Shown: piece after piece, positions 1 to 12,042 of the stretch
How positions within the stretch are numbered: the first letter of the stretch is position 1
Layout: each line of letters opens with the position of its first letter
Assembly: GCA_023231475.1 (NCBI GenBank)
Contig: JALJEE010001774.1
Coordinates: 62,001 to 83,868, forward strand
Origin: Seison nebaliae
Taxonomy: Eukaryota
Reading direction: 5' to 3'
DNA length: 21,868 nucleotides
The notes under the pieces: generated by a model
Told to the model about the DNA's origin: nothing
Database searches by the model: none
What the model saw: only the letters and a program-made list of their open reading frames with translations
Position numbers and translations under genes: made by a program

Positions 1-1525
1 TGTAATTCCTTATGGCGTTGGAACAGGATTGGAAGGTGGAGTAGTTCCGTTGAAAGTTAGAAATTTAATGAGTCGATTTTAAATGAAACGTTTCGAAAGG
101 ATAATTCGATTTCGATAAATATGGAGAAAATGAATAAAATTATTGAAGTGAATCCATTCGATTTTGATTGTATCGTTGAAAGTGGTGTGACGAGAGAGAA
201 ACTTAATCATTTCTTGAAAGATGATGGTCTTTATTTCCCTATCGGTTTCCTCTTCATTTTTTATATAGAATTATGAGATTATTAATTTCAAATAGATCCA
301 GGTGCTAACGCTTCACTTGGGGGAATGTGTTCGACATCAGCCAGTGGAACAACAGCTGTTCGATATGGAACGATGAAAGAGAATGTTCTAAATTTACGAG
401 TGGTCCTTCCATCCGGTGAGATAATAAAAACAGCCGGAAAACAATGTCGTGCCAGGTTCCACATTTTTTCTTCTTAATAAAAGAGATAATTTGAGAAATT
501 TTAAAGAAAAAGTTCAGCTGGATTAAATTTGACGAGTTTATTTGTGGGATCAGAAGGTACACTTGGTGTCATTTCTGAGGCTACATTAAAATTACATGCT
601 GTACCGATGGAAGTTTATATCTTTAACTCATTTTCGAATATTATTCCATTCTTAGTTAGGTGTTTGTGTCGTTTCATTTAAAAATGATCAGATAACACAC
701 GAGGCAGTAAATACAATTTTATTATCAGGAGTGACATTATCTCGAATGGGTTGGTTAAATTTGTAGAGAAGTTAATTCGATTTTGGATAATGAGAATAGA
801 ATATTTGAATGATGTAATGGTTGGAGCGTGCAATAAATATTCGAATTTATCTCTTCATAAATTGCCACATCTTTTCATCGAAGTGGAAGGTGTCGATAGT
901 GATGAATTAAATATGAAATTGGAAAATATTCGATCATTATGTGAATCTTTCGAACCGAAATCATTGGAAATAGCGTTAAGCTTAGAGGAACGAAAGAAAT
1001 TATGGGCCGCCCGTCACAATTGTCTTTATGCAACGAAAAATATGAGGAACAATTCTGAGATGTATGTCACTGATATATGTGTACCATTATCAAACATTGG
1101 ACCATCGATTGAATTTAGTCGTAAATGTTTGGATGAAACCAAATTAATCGGTTTATTATTTCCTTCATCATTCTATGTTAATATCATTCTTTTAGGAACA
1201 ATTCTTGGTCATTTAGGTGATGGGAATTATCATTTATTTATTCATGTCAATTCAAATGACGAATTAGAAATAGCGAAAGATCTTTCTACCAAAATTGCAG
1301 AGTTTTTTTTAAATTTCTAACTCAAACAAAACTTCTTTTTTTTAAAGACATGCTATATCTTTAGATGGTACTTGTACAGGAGAACACGGAATAGGAATCG
1401 GTAAACGACATCTGCTAAAGAATCAGTTTGATCCGTTGACCTATAATTTCATGAAATCGTTGAAGAAACATGTTGATCCAAATGGAATAATGAATCCAAA
1501 CAAAATGTTTTATCTCGATGAATAA
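1..1525 (+). CDS. LDHD: Mitochondrial FAD-dependent D-lactate dehydrogenase (VAO/FAD-oxidase family), 5'-truncated; exons <1-55, 100-244, 296-455, 507-612, 656-749, 800-1150, 1196-1301, 1348-1525
   Basis: Spliced translation gives [92 protein letters not shown] and [10 protein letters not shown]. Seven GT-AG introns of 43-51 nt restore the frame. Confidence 0.93.
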
Positions 1526-2326
1526 TGAAATAAGAGTTTAAAAGAAAAGATTGACCATTTTGGTATGTTTTTGGGGAAAATGAGTGAAATACTTAAATCG
1601 CCACCAATTTTTCAATTAATTTATGAAGAAGTTATTAAAGAGATATTACATTTTCACATGTAGAATAAGTAAGGTTTTGAGAAAATCTAGTAAATTACAA
1701 TTTGCAATTTTACGGTACGAATTAAAGAACCTATAGTTTATTTACTCTTTCTTACACAATGGAAAAATAGGAATTACACTGTATAACAATCTAAAATATT
1801 GTGATTTTACCATAAATCTTTGATTATGCTGTTGACATCCTTACATTGTTAGTTGTTCCAATAATTGAAGATAATGTTGAAAATAATGATAAGAAATTGT
1901 TGATGAATGTAAAAATGAACGACCAAAATGAAGTGTAGGAAGTAATTTTTAAAATATTACATTTTCTTCATTAACCTTCCTTATTGATAAGTTTCCGGTT
2001 CAAGAAATTTATTGATTATTCAAATAATTGTAAATTAAAATTCACAAATTATACTAACGTTATAATGATGGTAAATTATTGATGAGGAATACACCCACTG
2101 AATTATTGAGATGAATTTAATATCAACAATTGATTTCATTCAATCAGAAAAAATAACATATTAGTTCCATTTGGAATGTGAATGTTAATTGAAACATTCA
2201 CATCTGTAACTGTTTGATGAGATGATGTAAAGTAATTATAAATTCATCAAACTAGTCAAAGTATATGGAAGAAAATGAGGAGGAATGCGTTCAAGAATCA
2301 AATAGCCAATAAAACTTTGGAAGAGA

Positions 2327-2980
2327 ATGTTGCAAAGTGAAAACTTTCTCAAATATGACTTGATCGATGAAGAAATTAACAAAATAAAAAAATTTCCAAA
2401 ATCCGTCGTCAAACAAGAAATATTTATTATTCAATTATTGAAGCAATCATTGGTGGTAGGATTATTAGGTGCAATTGGAGATGCAACAAAACAAATTGTC
2501 GTTCAACGACATTATCCCCCGAATGATTTTGATTTTATTGAGACAATGGAAGTCTATTTATATTTTTTCGCTTTTTCAGTTACAATTTCTTCTTTCATGT
2601 GAATAAAATTTGTTATTTAGGCACCGTTTATGTACTCATGGTATGCATTGATGGAAAGATGGTGGCCAAGTTTAAATGCCAGTTTATGGCGACCAATCGT
2701 TATGGCATTTGTGGATCAAATTCTTGTTTCTACAACTTGCATATACACATTCTTGTACTACATGGAATTTACTAAGACTTCGTCCAATAGTCTATCGGTA
2801 GAGAAAGCTAACAAAGATTTCATACCTGCATTCTCTAAAAGTTGTATGGTGTGGATTCCAGTGAAAGTGATGGTATTCTACTTCTTACCTTTAGTTTATC
2901 GCGTTCCGATACTTAATGTTATCGGAATATTCTGGGGCACTTATATGGCTTGGATAGCGCGATCGAATAAAATATCTTAA
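2327..2980 (+). CDS. Mpv17/PMP22 family membrane protein; exons 2327-2578, 2621-2980 (203 aa; start codon uncertain)
   Basis: Family-like motifs GAIGDATKQ, APFMYSWY, FVDQIL, VWIP...FYFLPLVYRV..NVIGIFWGTYMAW. One 42-nt intron joins the two ORFs. Confidence 0.85.
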
Positions 2981-3432
2981 GCTTATCAACTTTTTCTTAA
3001 TTTTTTTGTTTCATTTGAAACTGTTAAATATCTAACTAAATAATTATTGAAGATTAAAGAAAATCGTCTCTAAATTATTAATCTATTTTTAATATTAATT
3101 AGTAATTATTCAGATATCTTTATGTAATATTTTGTTAATTAATAATCTTTGAATTTGTTTTTGGAGAATTTTGAATGAAATTTTCATTCGTAAGAAAACT
3201 TAAAAAATTTTATAAGAGAACATAAAACTTTTAAATGTGAATGAAAATATTATTGAAGAATGTTGAGAAATTGGAAAGAAAAAATTTATGATGCTAAACT
3301 GAAATAAGAATATTGAAATAGAAGTTTGTAGAAGAAATATAAGTGAATGATTTTCTTGAGAATTTGATTGAAATCAATTCGAAGAGGAAGCTTGGAAAAT
3401 AGTTGAACGTTATTCTTGATTTGAAGCAAACA

Positions 3433-5179
3433 ATGAAATTTGTGAAAATTACAGATCATATAAATGAGAATGATGAATTTCTTAGTGAGCATGTCGTTGA
3501 GATTCCAGTGGAAGGACAGACGAATGAAATGTTATTATCGACGGTGACAAGTCAGTATCCGACTGCCACCGGTCTTCGATATAAGATTGATAGTTGTGTT
3601 GGAATAGATGATAAAAAGAAGAAAGTGACTTGGAGAGCTGTCCAATTGATTGACGGACGATTCATTTCACCAGATTCTGATAATTGGGAAACTGATCGAA
3701 CATATCATGTCACTGTTACCGATCAATCGAATCGGAAGAGACGTGTAAATTCCTCGTCATTTCCATCGAATGTTGATGAAGGGAAACAAAGTTGTGGCAG
3801 TTGTCATGATCTGATAGTACTCGGTTTGCCTTACGAGACGACTGATCTCGAATTGTGTGACTATTTTCAGAAGTATGGAAAATTGAATTTCTTCGAAGTG
3901 AAGAGATATGGGAATGGAAAGAGTAAAGGATTTGCTTTCATTCGATATGATAATATCGATGCACAACGGAAAGCGTTAGGTCAGAAACATCGAATCGGCA
4001 AGAGATTGTGTGAATTGCGTGTTCCCGATTCTGTCACTGATCATGTTTCTTCCATCATCTCTCTCTTTTCTTAATTCTTTTTCTTCTCTTCTTTCTAAGA
4101 AAACTAAAGAAAAAGTTGGAACATTTAAATTGTTCGTCGGTCGCTTACCAATCGAATGTTCGGAGGAACATCTTCGAAATTATTTTTTGAAATTTGGCAA
4201 TCTCGTTGACGTCTATATTCCAAAACCGTTCCGTCAATTCGGTTTCATCACATACAATGAACTCGCTTCAGTTCAAAAAGTTTTTAAAATATTTTTATAT
4301 TATTTTTTAAATTTTCCTTTTCAGGTACTCCAAGTGAAAGAGCACAAAATTTTTGAAACGACCATTAATGTGAAGGAGGCCGATCCACGATATAAGAATG
4401 ATAATATTCATCGATTCCAATCGCCAAATCGACAATATACGAAGAAATTTAAAAATGGAAATAGTTTCGGGACGAATAATGGAATGATGAATAATAATTT
4501 CGATTATAATCAATATTATGATGATGGAAATTATAATTTAAGAAATAATAATTATCAAATGAATGAATTCTCAACAAATGGTAACGGATGGTATTATACA
4601 CCGAAAGATTATGAAAATAATTATGATTTTATGAGAACAAAAAATGGTCGAACATCATCGACATCATCTTCTTATTCAATTCCGATGAATGTCTCTGACA
4701 TTTATCATCAACAACAACAACAACAAATGAATTCAAATCATTATTATCCACAACCTCATCATCGGCAATTTAATCAACCAACATTCACTCCTTTTCCAAG
4801 ACATTATTATGGAACTGCTAATTATGCTTATTATCCTGATTATTCTTCCACTCATCATTTGAGTGAGGATGGAATGTTAGCATATCGGAATATGTCAAGA
4901 AATTTTGGAAATAAATCCATCACTACCTCATTTCCCACTACTAATTTCACCTCATCTCTCGATAATTCATCGAACAAATCGAATGGAACGAATAAAAAAA
5001 ATAATGAGAACAAATCAAATCATTGTCATCCTACTGCATTCAAACCGGAAAACAATAACAATAATAATTCAAATTATCTTCTACCATCATTCAATTCTCT
5101 TCCATTTCCCATCTCATCCACCACCACCAACACTTATCCAATGAACAATGACAATACGTATTATAAAAGCTTCTCATAA
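3433..5179 (+). CDS. TARDBP: TDP-43 homolog, paralog A; exons 3433-4044, 4100-4279, 4325-5179 (548 aa)
   Basis: N-terminal domain EIP...LLSTVTSQYPTATGLRYK; basic NLS-like RKRR; RRM1 DLIVLGLPYETT...SKGFAFIRY; RRM2 KLFVGR...DVYIPKPFRQFGFITY; long N/Q/Y/S-rich tail. Confidence 0.92.
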
Positions 5180-5699
5180 ATGAGATTGAAATATTTTTGA
5201 AAGAAAAATTATTTATCTATTAAAAACGTTTGAATTCTTCCTCATATGAAACTAAAAGAAAAGTTTCTCCCGTTGTATATTTCGAAAAAAGTTCATATAC
5301 ACACACAAACTGCCCCCTCATCTCCAATCCTTCCTGACAAATCAAATTTCTGATATTTATTATTTATTATTTTTCTTTATTCTTTGTAAATTTTTATTCG
5401 GTTTTATTTCATTCTTTACATCATTCTCATTTGTATCATAATTTTCGATTACAGACAACTTAAACAGAACTATTTATACATAAACGTTTATTTCATTAAT
5501 AATTCGTTTTTTTTTTAAATAAAATTTATTTGATTATGACGATAATCTCTTTCATGCTTCACTGATTTTGTGAATTCAAAAAATTTTTCATTCAGAAAGT
5601 TCGATGCGTTCATTAAATTCTAAGTTTGAAGCCTCTTCTCCTTTTGTGTGTCGAGTATTTGTAATTCGATTCCTGGCATTGGTCGTTCGAACGATAGAA

Positions 5700-8086
5700 A
5701 TGAATCGATTTTTAATTAATCTCAACTTCTTGAACGATGTCGTTCAATCTTTCATCTTCTGGTCATTATTCGTTCAATTTCCTTCAGTAGTCATGTTTTG
5801 GCCTATGGTCAAATTGGCAATTTCTGGATTTGAAGTGGCCGTCATCATTCTGATAATGGCACCGGTTATTGGTTCCCGAAAATTTTTGAGAGATAATATT
5901 ATGAAGAATCGATACACATTTTCCATTTTAACGATATTCTCTCTCATTGGTCTGTTATCGTTTCAAACGAAATTTCCATTTCATCGTCTTTTGTTACATT
6001 CGATTGGATTGATCATGTCCATTTGGCGATTATTGGGCAAATTGTGGAATATGCATCCCAATATTCGAATACGACAAATATGTTCATTATCATTCGGATT
6101 CTTTCTTTTCGTTAGTTTAAGAATATTTACAAATACTCTTGTCTCAGCATTCGCCAATAACAAATGGAATATATGGATCATGATTATCGGATTGATATTT
6201 AGTTTGATGGAATTTTTCATTCCACAATTCGACAAAGAACCTGAAAAATCCACATCGAAATTATTGAATAAAAATCCATTCGATTTATTCTGGAAAGCAC
6301 GATTACATTTGGAAGATCATTCGAAGAAATTGGGTTGTGCATTAGGAGCGACGATATTTCTCATACAAATGATCGTTTCTGAAACGACGTTACCATTACG
6401 ATGGATTATTAGTGGAAGGGAGAATGGAGGATTATTCAACATTCCTGATGGATCATTGGCACCATTTATAATTTATCCGTTGATCAGTATTGGTATGATT
6501 TGTGGAATATCATTTGTATTGATATTGATGACATGTTATATTTCTATTTGGATTTCTTATCGTCTTCATTTCTTCAATGTCATATCATTCATATTTGGAC
6601 TATTTCTACCAATGGCTGCATTATTTTCCTTTCGTAATTGGACAGCATATTTCTTATGTATAACATTCCTCGTACCATATCTCATATTTCTTTTAGCTTA
6701 TCTACTTTATTATTGTATCCGATTAGGATCAAAAAGTGGTTTCCTCTTCTGTTTCACTACTGCAATGACCATTTATGTCGCTTTGACAGTTTTGGCTGTT
6801 TGGACGACAGCATACAATTTCGTACCGTTTGGTGGTACATATGCAAGAGAACATTATGATTTGATGATCATTATTTGTGTAATATTAATTGGGGCGGCGA
6901 TGTGTAGCAAATCAATCTGTTTTTCCAATTATCAAAAAATGGATATTTCTTTCAAAGCTTTTTTGGAATTTATTCGAATTCATTTATATCTCGATCTCAT
7001 TGGAATGTCGATTATGTTCATATTTATTTTCACAACTACTCTCATCTTCTCCATGAGACGAATGTCGGAGAGACCAACATTCAATCCGGAATTGTCATGT
7101 AAATCAGCCAATTCTTTCCCGAAAATTTCCGCTGCAATTTGGACAGTTCATTTCGGTTACGACAATAATGGATGGCCAAGTTTCGATCGATTGGCATCGG
7201 CATTAAATGATACGAATGTCGACGTTATTGGTTTATTGGAGACGGATAGTAATAAAGGATATTTTGGTGGAAATGATCTCGCTCAAAATTTAGCAAATCA
7301 ATTAAATTATCATGTAGATTTCGGTCCAGCCACCAGAGATCATACATGGGGATGTATTCTGTTATCGCGATATCCGATCATTGTTTCCAATCATCATTTA
7401 TTACCTTCACCAAAAGGAGAATTGGCACCTGCCATATCAGCATCAATTAATTATTGTGGAATGCCAATCGGTTACTAATAATTTAAATTAAATTAATTTA
7501 ATAATTAGAATTTATATGAATTTTTTATTATTCTTCAGAAATCGTCGTAGTTCATATGGGAAATGATGGAGATAAATTAGATCGAGAATTACAAGCGAAT
7601 AAGTTGTCCAATCTCTTAACACGACATGAAAAGAAAACGATGGATAATGAACGATTGACAATTCCAGCCATTTTTCTCGGTTATGTCACTTCAGCACCAG
7701 GTTCGGAGAATTATCATAAATTAACAAATGCGGCGGAAGATATCGATCCGACTGATACAGATAGATGGTGTGAATATATATTATACAAAGGATTAATTCG
7801 ACGTTCATATGGACGTATTACTCATGGAGGATTAACAGACACAGAAATTCAAATGGCAATTTTCCAATTACCAAATCGACAAGAAACGATTGATGGAATG
7901 TTCTATAAAGATTCCTCATGGTTATCTATCAATCAAAAACAAAGAATTAGTTATCGTCATAACGATACAATTCTCGAATATCGAATGAATGAAAAGAAAT
8001 TTGGGAAATGGAAATATTCTGGTCATGGATATGATGCAGGAAAGAATCATCAATTCCATATGGATACGCCAAAATATTTCTTGTAA
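5700..8086 (+). CDS. CWH43: PGAP2-interacting protein / CWH43 (GPI lipid remodelling); exons 5700-7470, 7539-8086; an in-frame upstream ATG at 5604 is possible
   Basis: Multi-TM N-terminal half with WTTAYNFVPFGGTYARE, followed by a DNase-I-like domain with IWTVHFGYDNNGW, DVIGLLETD, FGPATRDHTWGCILLSRYPI, HHLLPSPKGELAPAI, DRWCEYI and TDTEIQ. Confidence 0.93.
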
Positions 8087-8331
8087 TATTTAAAAAATCT
8101 CATTAAACTTCAATTGTTTGTAAATGTAATTTATTTTCGTTAATAAATAAAATGTGATTAACATATAAAAATAAAATGGTTATGAGAAACGGAAGAAAAA
8201 TAATTATTAAAATTGTTGTTAGTTCATGTCATTGAAATCTCTCATGGAAAGAAGTGAAAAAGAAGGAGGAATGATTGGAAATTGATATAAAAATATTTAA
8301 AAAAAAAAAGATTAAAATTTCTAGAAATTTA

Positions 8332-9614
8332 TTAGAGAATGGGAATTGCATGATTTGTTATTGGCATTGAAGTGAAAGAATTCTTCATATCCATTTGTTC
8401 GGATACACTACGAATTGACACTTGTAATTTGCGTTGTTCGAAGAAACTTCCGTTGAGAGCTTGAGCAGCTTGATATGCTCCTTCATATGTTGACATAGTG
8501 ACGAATGCATAACCTTTACCTAAACCGTTTCGACGGTTTCTTATCACATCCACTCTCATCACCACACCGTAAACAGCGAATAGAATCCAGATACAATTAT
8601 CTTTGGCATTCGGTCCAATTCCATAAACATAAAGAACGGCCAATTTCCCACGTCTTTGTGGTACGTGTGATGGTGGTAATGGTGGTGGTGGAATTGATCG
8701 TCTTCTTTGTCTTTTCTCCTCCACTTCATCTTTCCCTTCCTTCTTCAATTCATTTGAGTCTTTATATCCATTATCATTTATTTCATTTGTCTTAATATTC
8801 TCTTTATTCATCATTCCTTTTTCTCCACATTTATCATGTTCAGAATTAACGACTATATTATTCGTATCATTTCTCAAATGATTTCTTTCTCTCAATTTTA
8901 ATTTCGAATGATCATCTGCAAATTTCGCTTCAATTTGTAGAGAATCAACAGGAGTTTCACTTCCAATATTAGTAATACAATTTCTTGCTTCATTCTTGAG
9001 AAAATTTAAATTTTTAAAAATTAGAAAAAAATAAAAAAAAACTTTTGTAGCGAAAATGACGAAAGCGATTCCTTTCGACAATTGTTCTGAATTTTTCAAT
9101 AATTTCAATTGAATAATTTCACCGAATTGAAGACAAACACCTCTCAAATCATTCTCTGTCCAGACAAGTGGCAAATTTTTAATATAGACGTTCGTGTTTT
9201 TCGTTTGTTCACAACATGGTCGCGAATAATCGACTTTTAATAACTTCCCAAAATGTGTCGTTCCATCCAATTGGAAACGAGCTGCTTTCGCCGCTTCTTC
9301 ATTATGAAACTCAACAAATCCATATCCATAACTATAATCTTTTTACGGAAAATTTATGAGAAAAGAAAAGAAATTAGGAAACTTTTCTTTATATTTCGAA
9401 TAACACGAGCACTTTTCACACGACCAAATGGACCGAAAATACTCATTAAATATTTATCGTTCACTGCCTGTGGTAAATAATTTACTATCAATTTTTGTCG
9501 GTTTATAGTAAAATTGGTTGTTTTTGGCGAACTATTCTCCAAATCGCTCTCGATCATTTTCTGTTCGATGGATTTATTATCATCAGTCAGATCGGTTGGA
9601 TTTTCTTCTATCAT
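8332..9614 (-). CDS. ELAV/Hu-like three-RRM RNA-binding protein; exons 9614-9383, 9338-9043, 8994-8332 (396 aa)
   Basis: RRM1 LIVNYLPQ...SYGYGFVEF...LLKVDYSRP; RRM2 TNVYIKNLP...SKGIAFV...AKFA; hinge; RRM3 LYVYGI...IWILF...GKGYAFVTM...ALNG...LQVS. The ORF-track start at 9638 is TTG; the first ATG is at 9614. Confidence 0.85.
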
Positions 9615-10015
9615 TCTCAAAATATTCTTCGACTTCAATTAATCTCTTAATATTTGTGGAATGTAAAACCGAGAAAGAAAAAAGGAAAGACATATCAATT
9701 GAAGAGAAGGAAAGGACTAAGTGAAAACTGTCAAATTATTTAATTTCATTAAATTCAAATTTTTCCATCACATATCTCCATTCGAAATGTTAGCTCGATT
9801 TTAATATTGTTTTTTGCTTGTACTTCCAAATTGCGCTCCTCCTCCCTGTGCAATTGAATATTTTGTTCGTTGAAATAAACACCAACTTTCTTTTATCTCC
9901 AAATACACAATTTCAATTATTTTTTCCGAGAGAGAAATTTTCAAATTTAAAAATACATATATAAATTTGTTCCTTCTCACAAAATAAAAAAATCAAGATA
10001 CATGTCAATAGGAGA
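9615..10015. promoter_or_regulatory. Probable bidirectional promoter region between the ELAV-like gene and TDP-43 paralog B
   Basis: 401 nt separate the divergent ATGs, with a small GC-richer patch near 9830-9850. Inferred from position only. Confidence 0.45.
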
Positions 10016-11468
10016 ATGACGAAAGAAATACATTTTGTGAAAGTGGTTCCATTCGTTGAGAACGAAAAAGAGGAAGATGGAAAGAAATTCAAAATTACTG
10101 AAATCCCAATTGATAATGACACGAGACAAGTTCTCTTATCAACATTAACAAGCCAATATCCGAATGCGTCTGGTCTCCGATATAAATCATCAGCTGGTCA
10201 TTGGCGTGCTGTGCAATTGGTGGACGGACGTTTCCTCTCACCCGAAGAAGATGGATGGACATATGATCGAGTTTATTATGTCACCGTCAACGAATTAACA
10301 CAATCATCATCAAGAAAACGGAAAAATATGTTGATAACTGATAAATCAAATAATGAGAAATATTCAAAAAATGAAGAAGGACATGATCTTATAGTTCTTG
10401 GTGTTCCTTATGAAACGACTGATGAAGAATTGAGAAGTTATTTTAAAGAGTTCGGAGAATTAGATTTCTCTCAAATCAAACGAGATCGAGATGGAAATAG
10501 TCGAGGATTTGCCTTTATCAGATTCAAATCATATGACGTCCAAGAGAAGGCACTCGCTCAGAAACATCAGATTGGTAAGAGAATTTGTGAATTACGAATT
10601 CCTGATTCACATTGTGATTCCGTTTAAATTTTTAAATTTAAAAATTTTAATTTTTTTATTTCTCCTAATTTCATTAGCAACGAAGCAAAGCTGGTACTTG
10701 TAAATTATTCATTGGACGTCTCGCATCAAATTGTACGGAGGCTGATTTGAGATCGTATTTTTCAGAGTTTGGAACGATCGTCGATGTTTATATTCCGAGA
10801 CCATTTCGAGAATTTGGTTTCGTCACTTTCAGTCACATGAAAGCAGTGAATGCAGTTAGTTTCTATTTTATTTTTGAATTGAGTGTGAATTGAGTTAGGT
10901 CTTATCAAAAAAAGAACATTTGATTTGTGGAGTGAAAGTGAATGTGAATGAAGCTGATCCAAGAAGTAAAAATCCTGGAAATGAACGTTTCTGGCCGATG
11001 AAGGACATGTTTTGGCCGGGTTACTCCTACGACTTTCCATATGAGGATTTTCGTTTATCATCCAATGATCAACGATATCGAACATATCAATCAATGTTCG
11101 AAAATTATCCAATAACACCACAAGGATTTTATTTACCGTCAGGTGGTGATACGGGATCATTCCATCGATATCCATCTATGGGGAAATTTAAAATGCCATA
11201 TCAATCAATGGATAGGACATCATCTCGTTCCTCTAATTCATCGACAATGGCAAACAAGGGATCATTCACTTCGTCGTCTGGTAGTAGTGGTGGTGGTGGT
11301 GGTGTGTCAGGTGGAGATAATCGACGTAATGATTCATATATGTCAGCTATGTTCTCTTCGAGTAACACGGGAAATGTCAACAACCGAAATGAGATTATGA
11401 ATGATTTGGGTGAAGAGAGCAACAGTGAAAATAGTCGTATGGGACAAGTGAATCCGTTTCGACGGTAA
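10016..11468 (+). CDS. TARDBP: TDP-43 homolog, paralog B; exons 10016-10621, 10678-10854, 10899-11468 (450 aa)
   Basis: EIP...VLLSTLTSQYPNASGLRYK, RKRK, DLIVLGVPYETT, SRGFAFIRF, KLFIGR, DVYIPRPFREFGFVTF. Same two intron positions as paralog A; S/G/M-rich tail. Confidence 0.92.
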
Positions 11469-11995
11469 ACTATCCATCTTATTCGTCTCTGCTTAATACA
11501 CTTTCCTCTTGTGTTGAGATGGGAATGAGAAATGACTGGAGGACTTGTTTGAGCGGACTGCAGAGTGAGAAAGTGCGGAATTTGATTGAATCGAGAATTT
11601 CAAAAAATTATTTTCCATGTCTCTCCCACTTTTCTTATCTCACATTTTTTCCTCATAATTTTCCCTAATTGTCTGATGATGAGAGATTGGAGATAATTCT
11701 CATCGCGAGTGTGTCAACAACATTCATTCCAAATCAGATCAACTATTCTCAAAGAAGAAAAAATGATTGTTTGTTTTGCATGTTGGGAAGGGGGATGGAC
11801 ATAAATTGTCGTTTATTTCACAAAAATATAATTTGTTCAGTTTGTGCGTTTAATTCATTGAGAATGTTCCGAAGGATGTTCGAGTGAGTGTTTGACGAAA
11901 GTGATTTGAGAATGTTCGTTTCGAGAGAATTTAACGGAGTTTTGATTTTAAATTATTATTAGATAATTATTCGTAAAACTTAATTCTCCATATAT

Positions 11996-12016
11996 CATCA
12001 TCATCATCATCATCAT
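11996..12016 (+). repeat. (CAT)7 microsatellite just upstream of the SERINC start codon
   Basis: Seven tandem CAT units read directly from the sequence. Confidence 0.9.
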
Positions 12017-12042
12017 CACGTATATGTGTGTATGTGGTGTAA

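Noticed and set aside
2051..2200. ATACTAAC at 2051, matching the predicted 5' end of a GTT-adapted U1 snRNA
   Set aside because: It continues GTTAT rather than CTG, and I see no U1-70K loop, U1A loop, stems or Sm site downstream.
1526..2326. Possible small gene between LDHD and the Mpv17-family gene
   Set aside because: Only short frames on either strand, with no recognisable homology.
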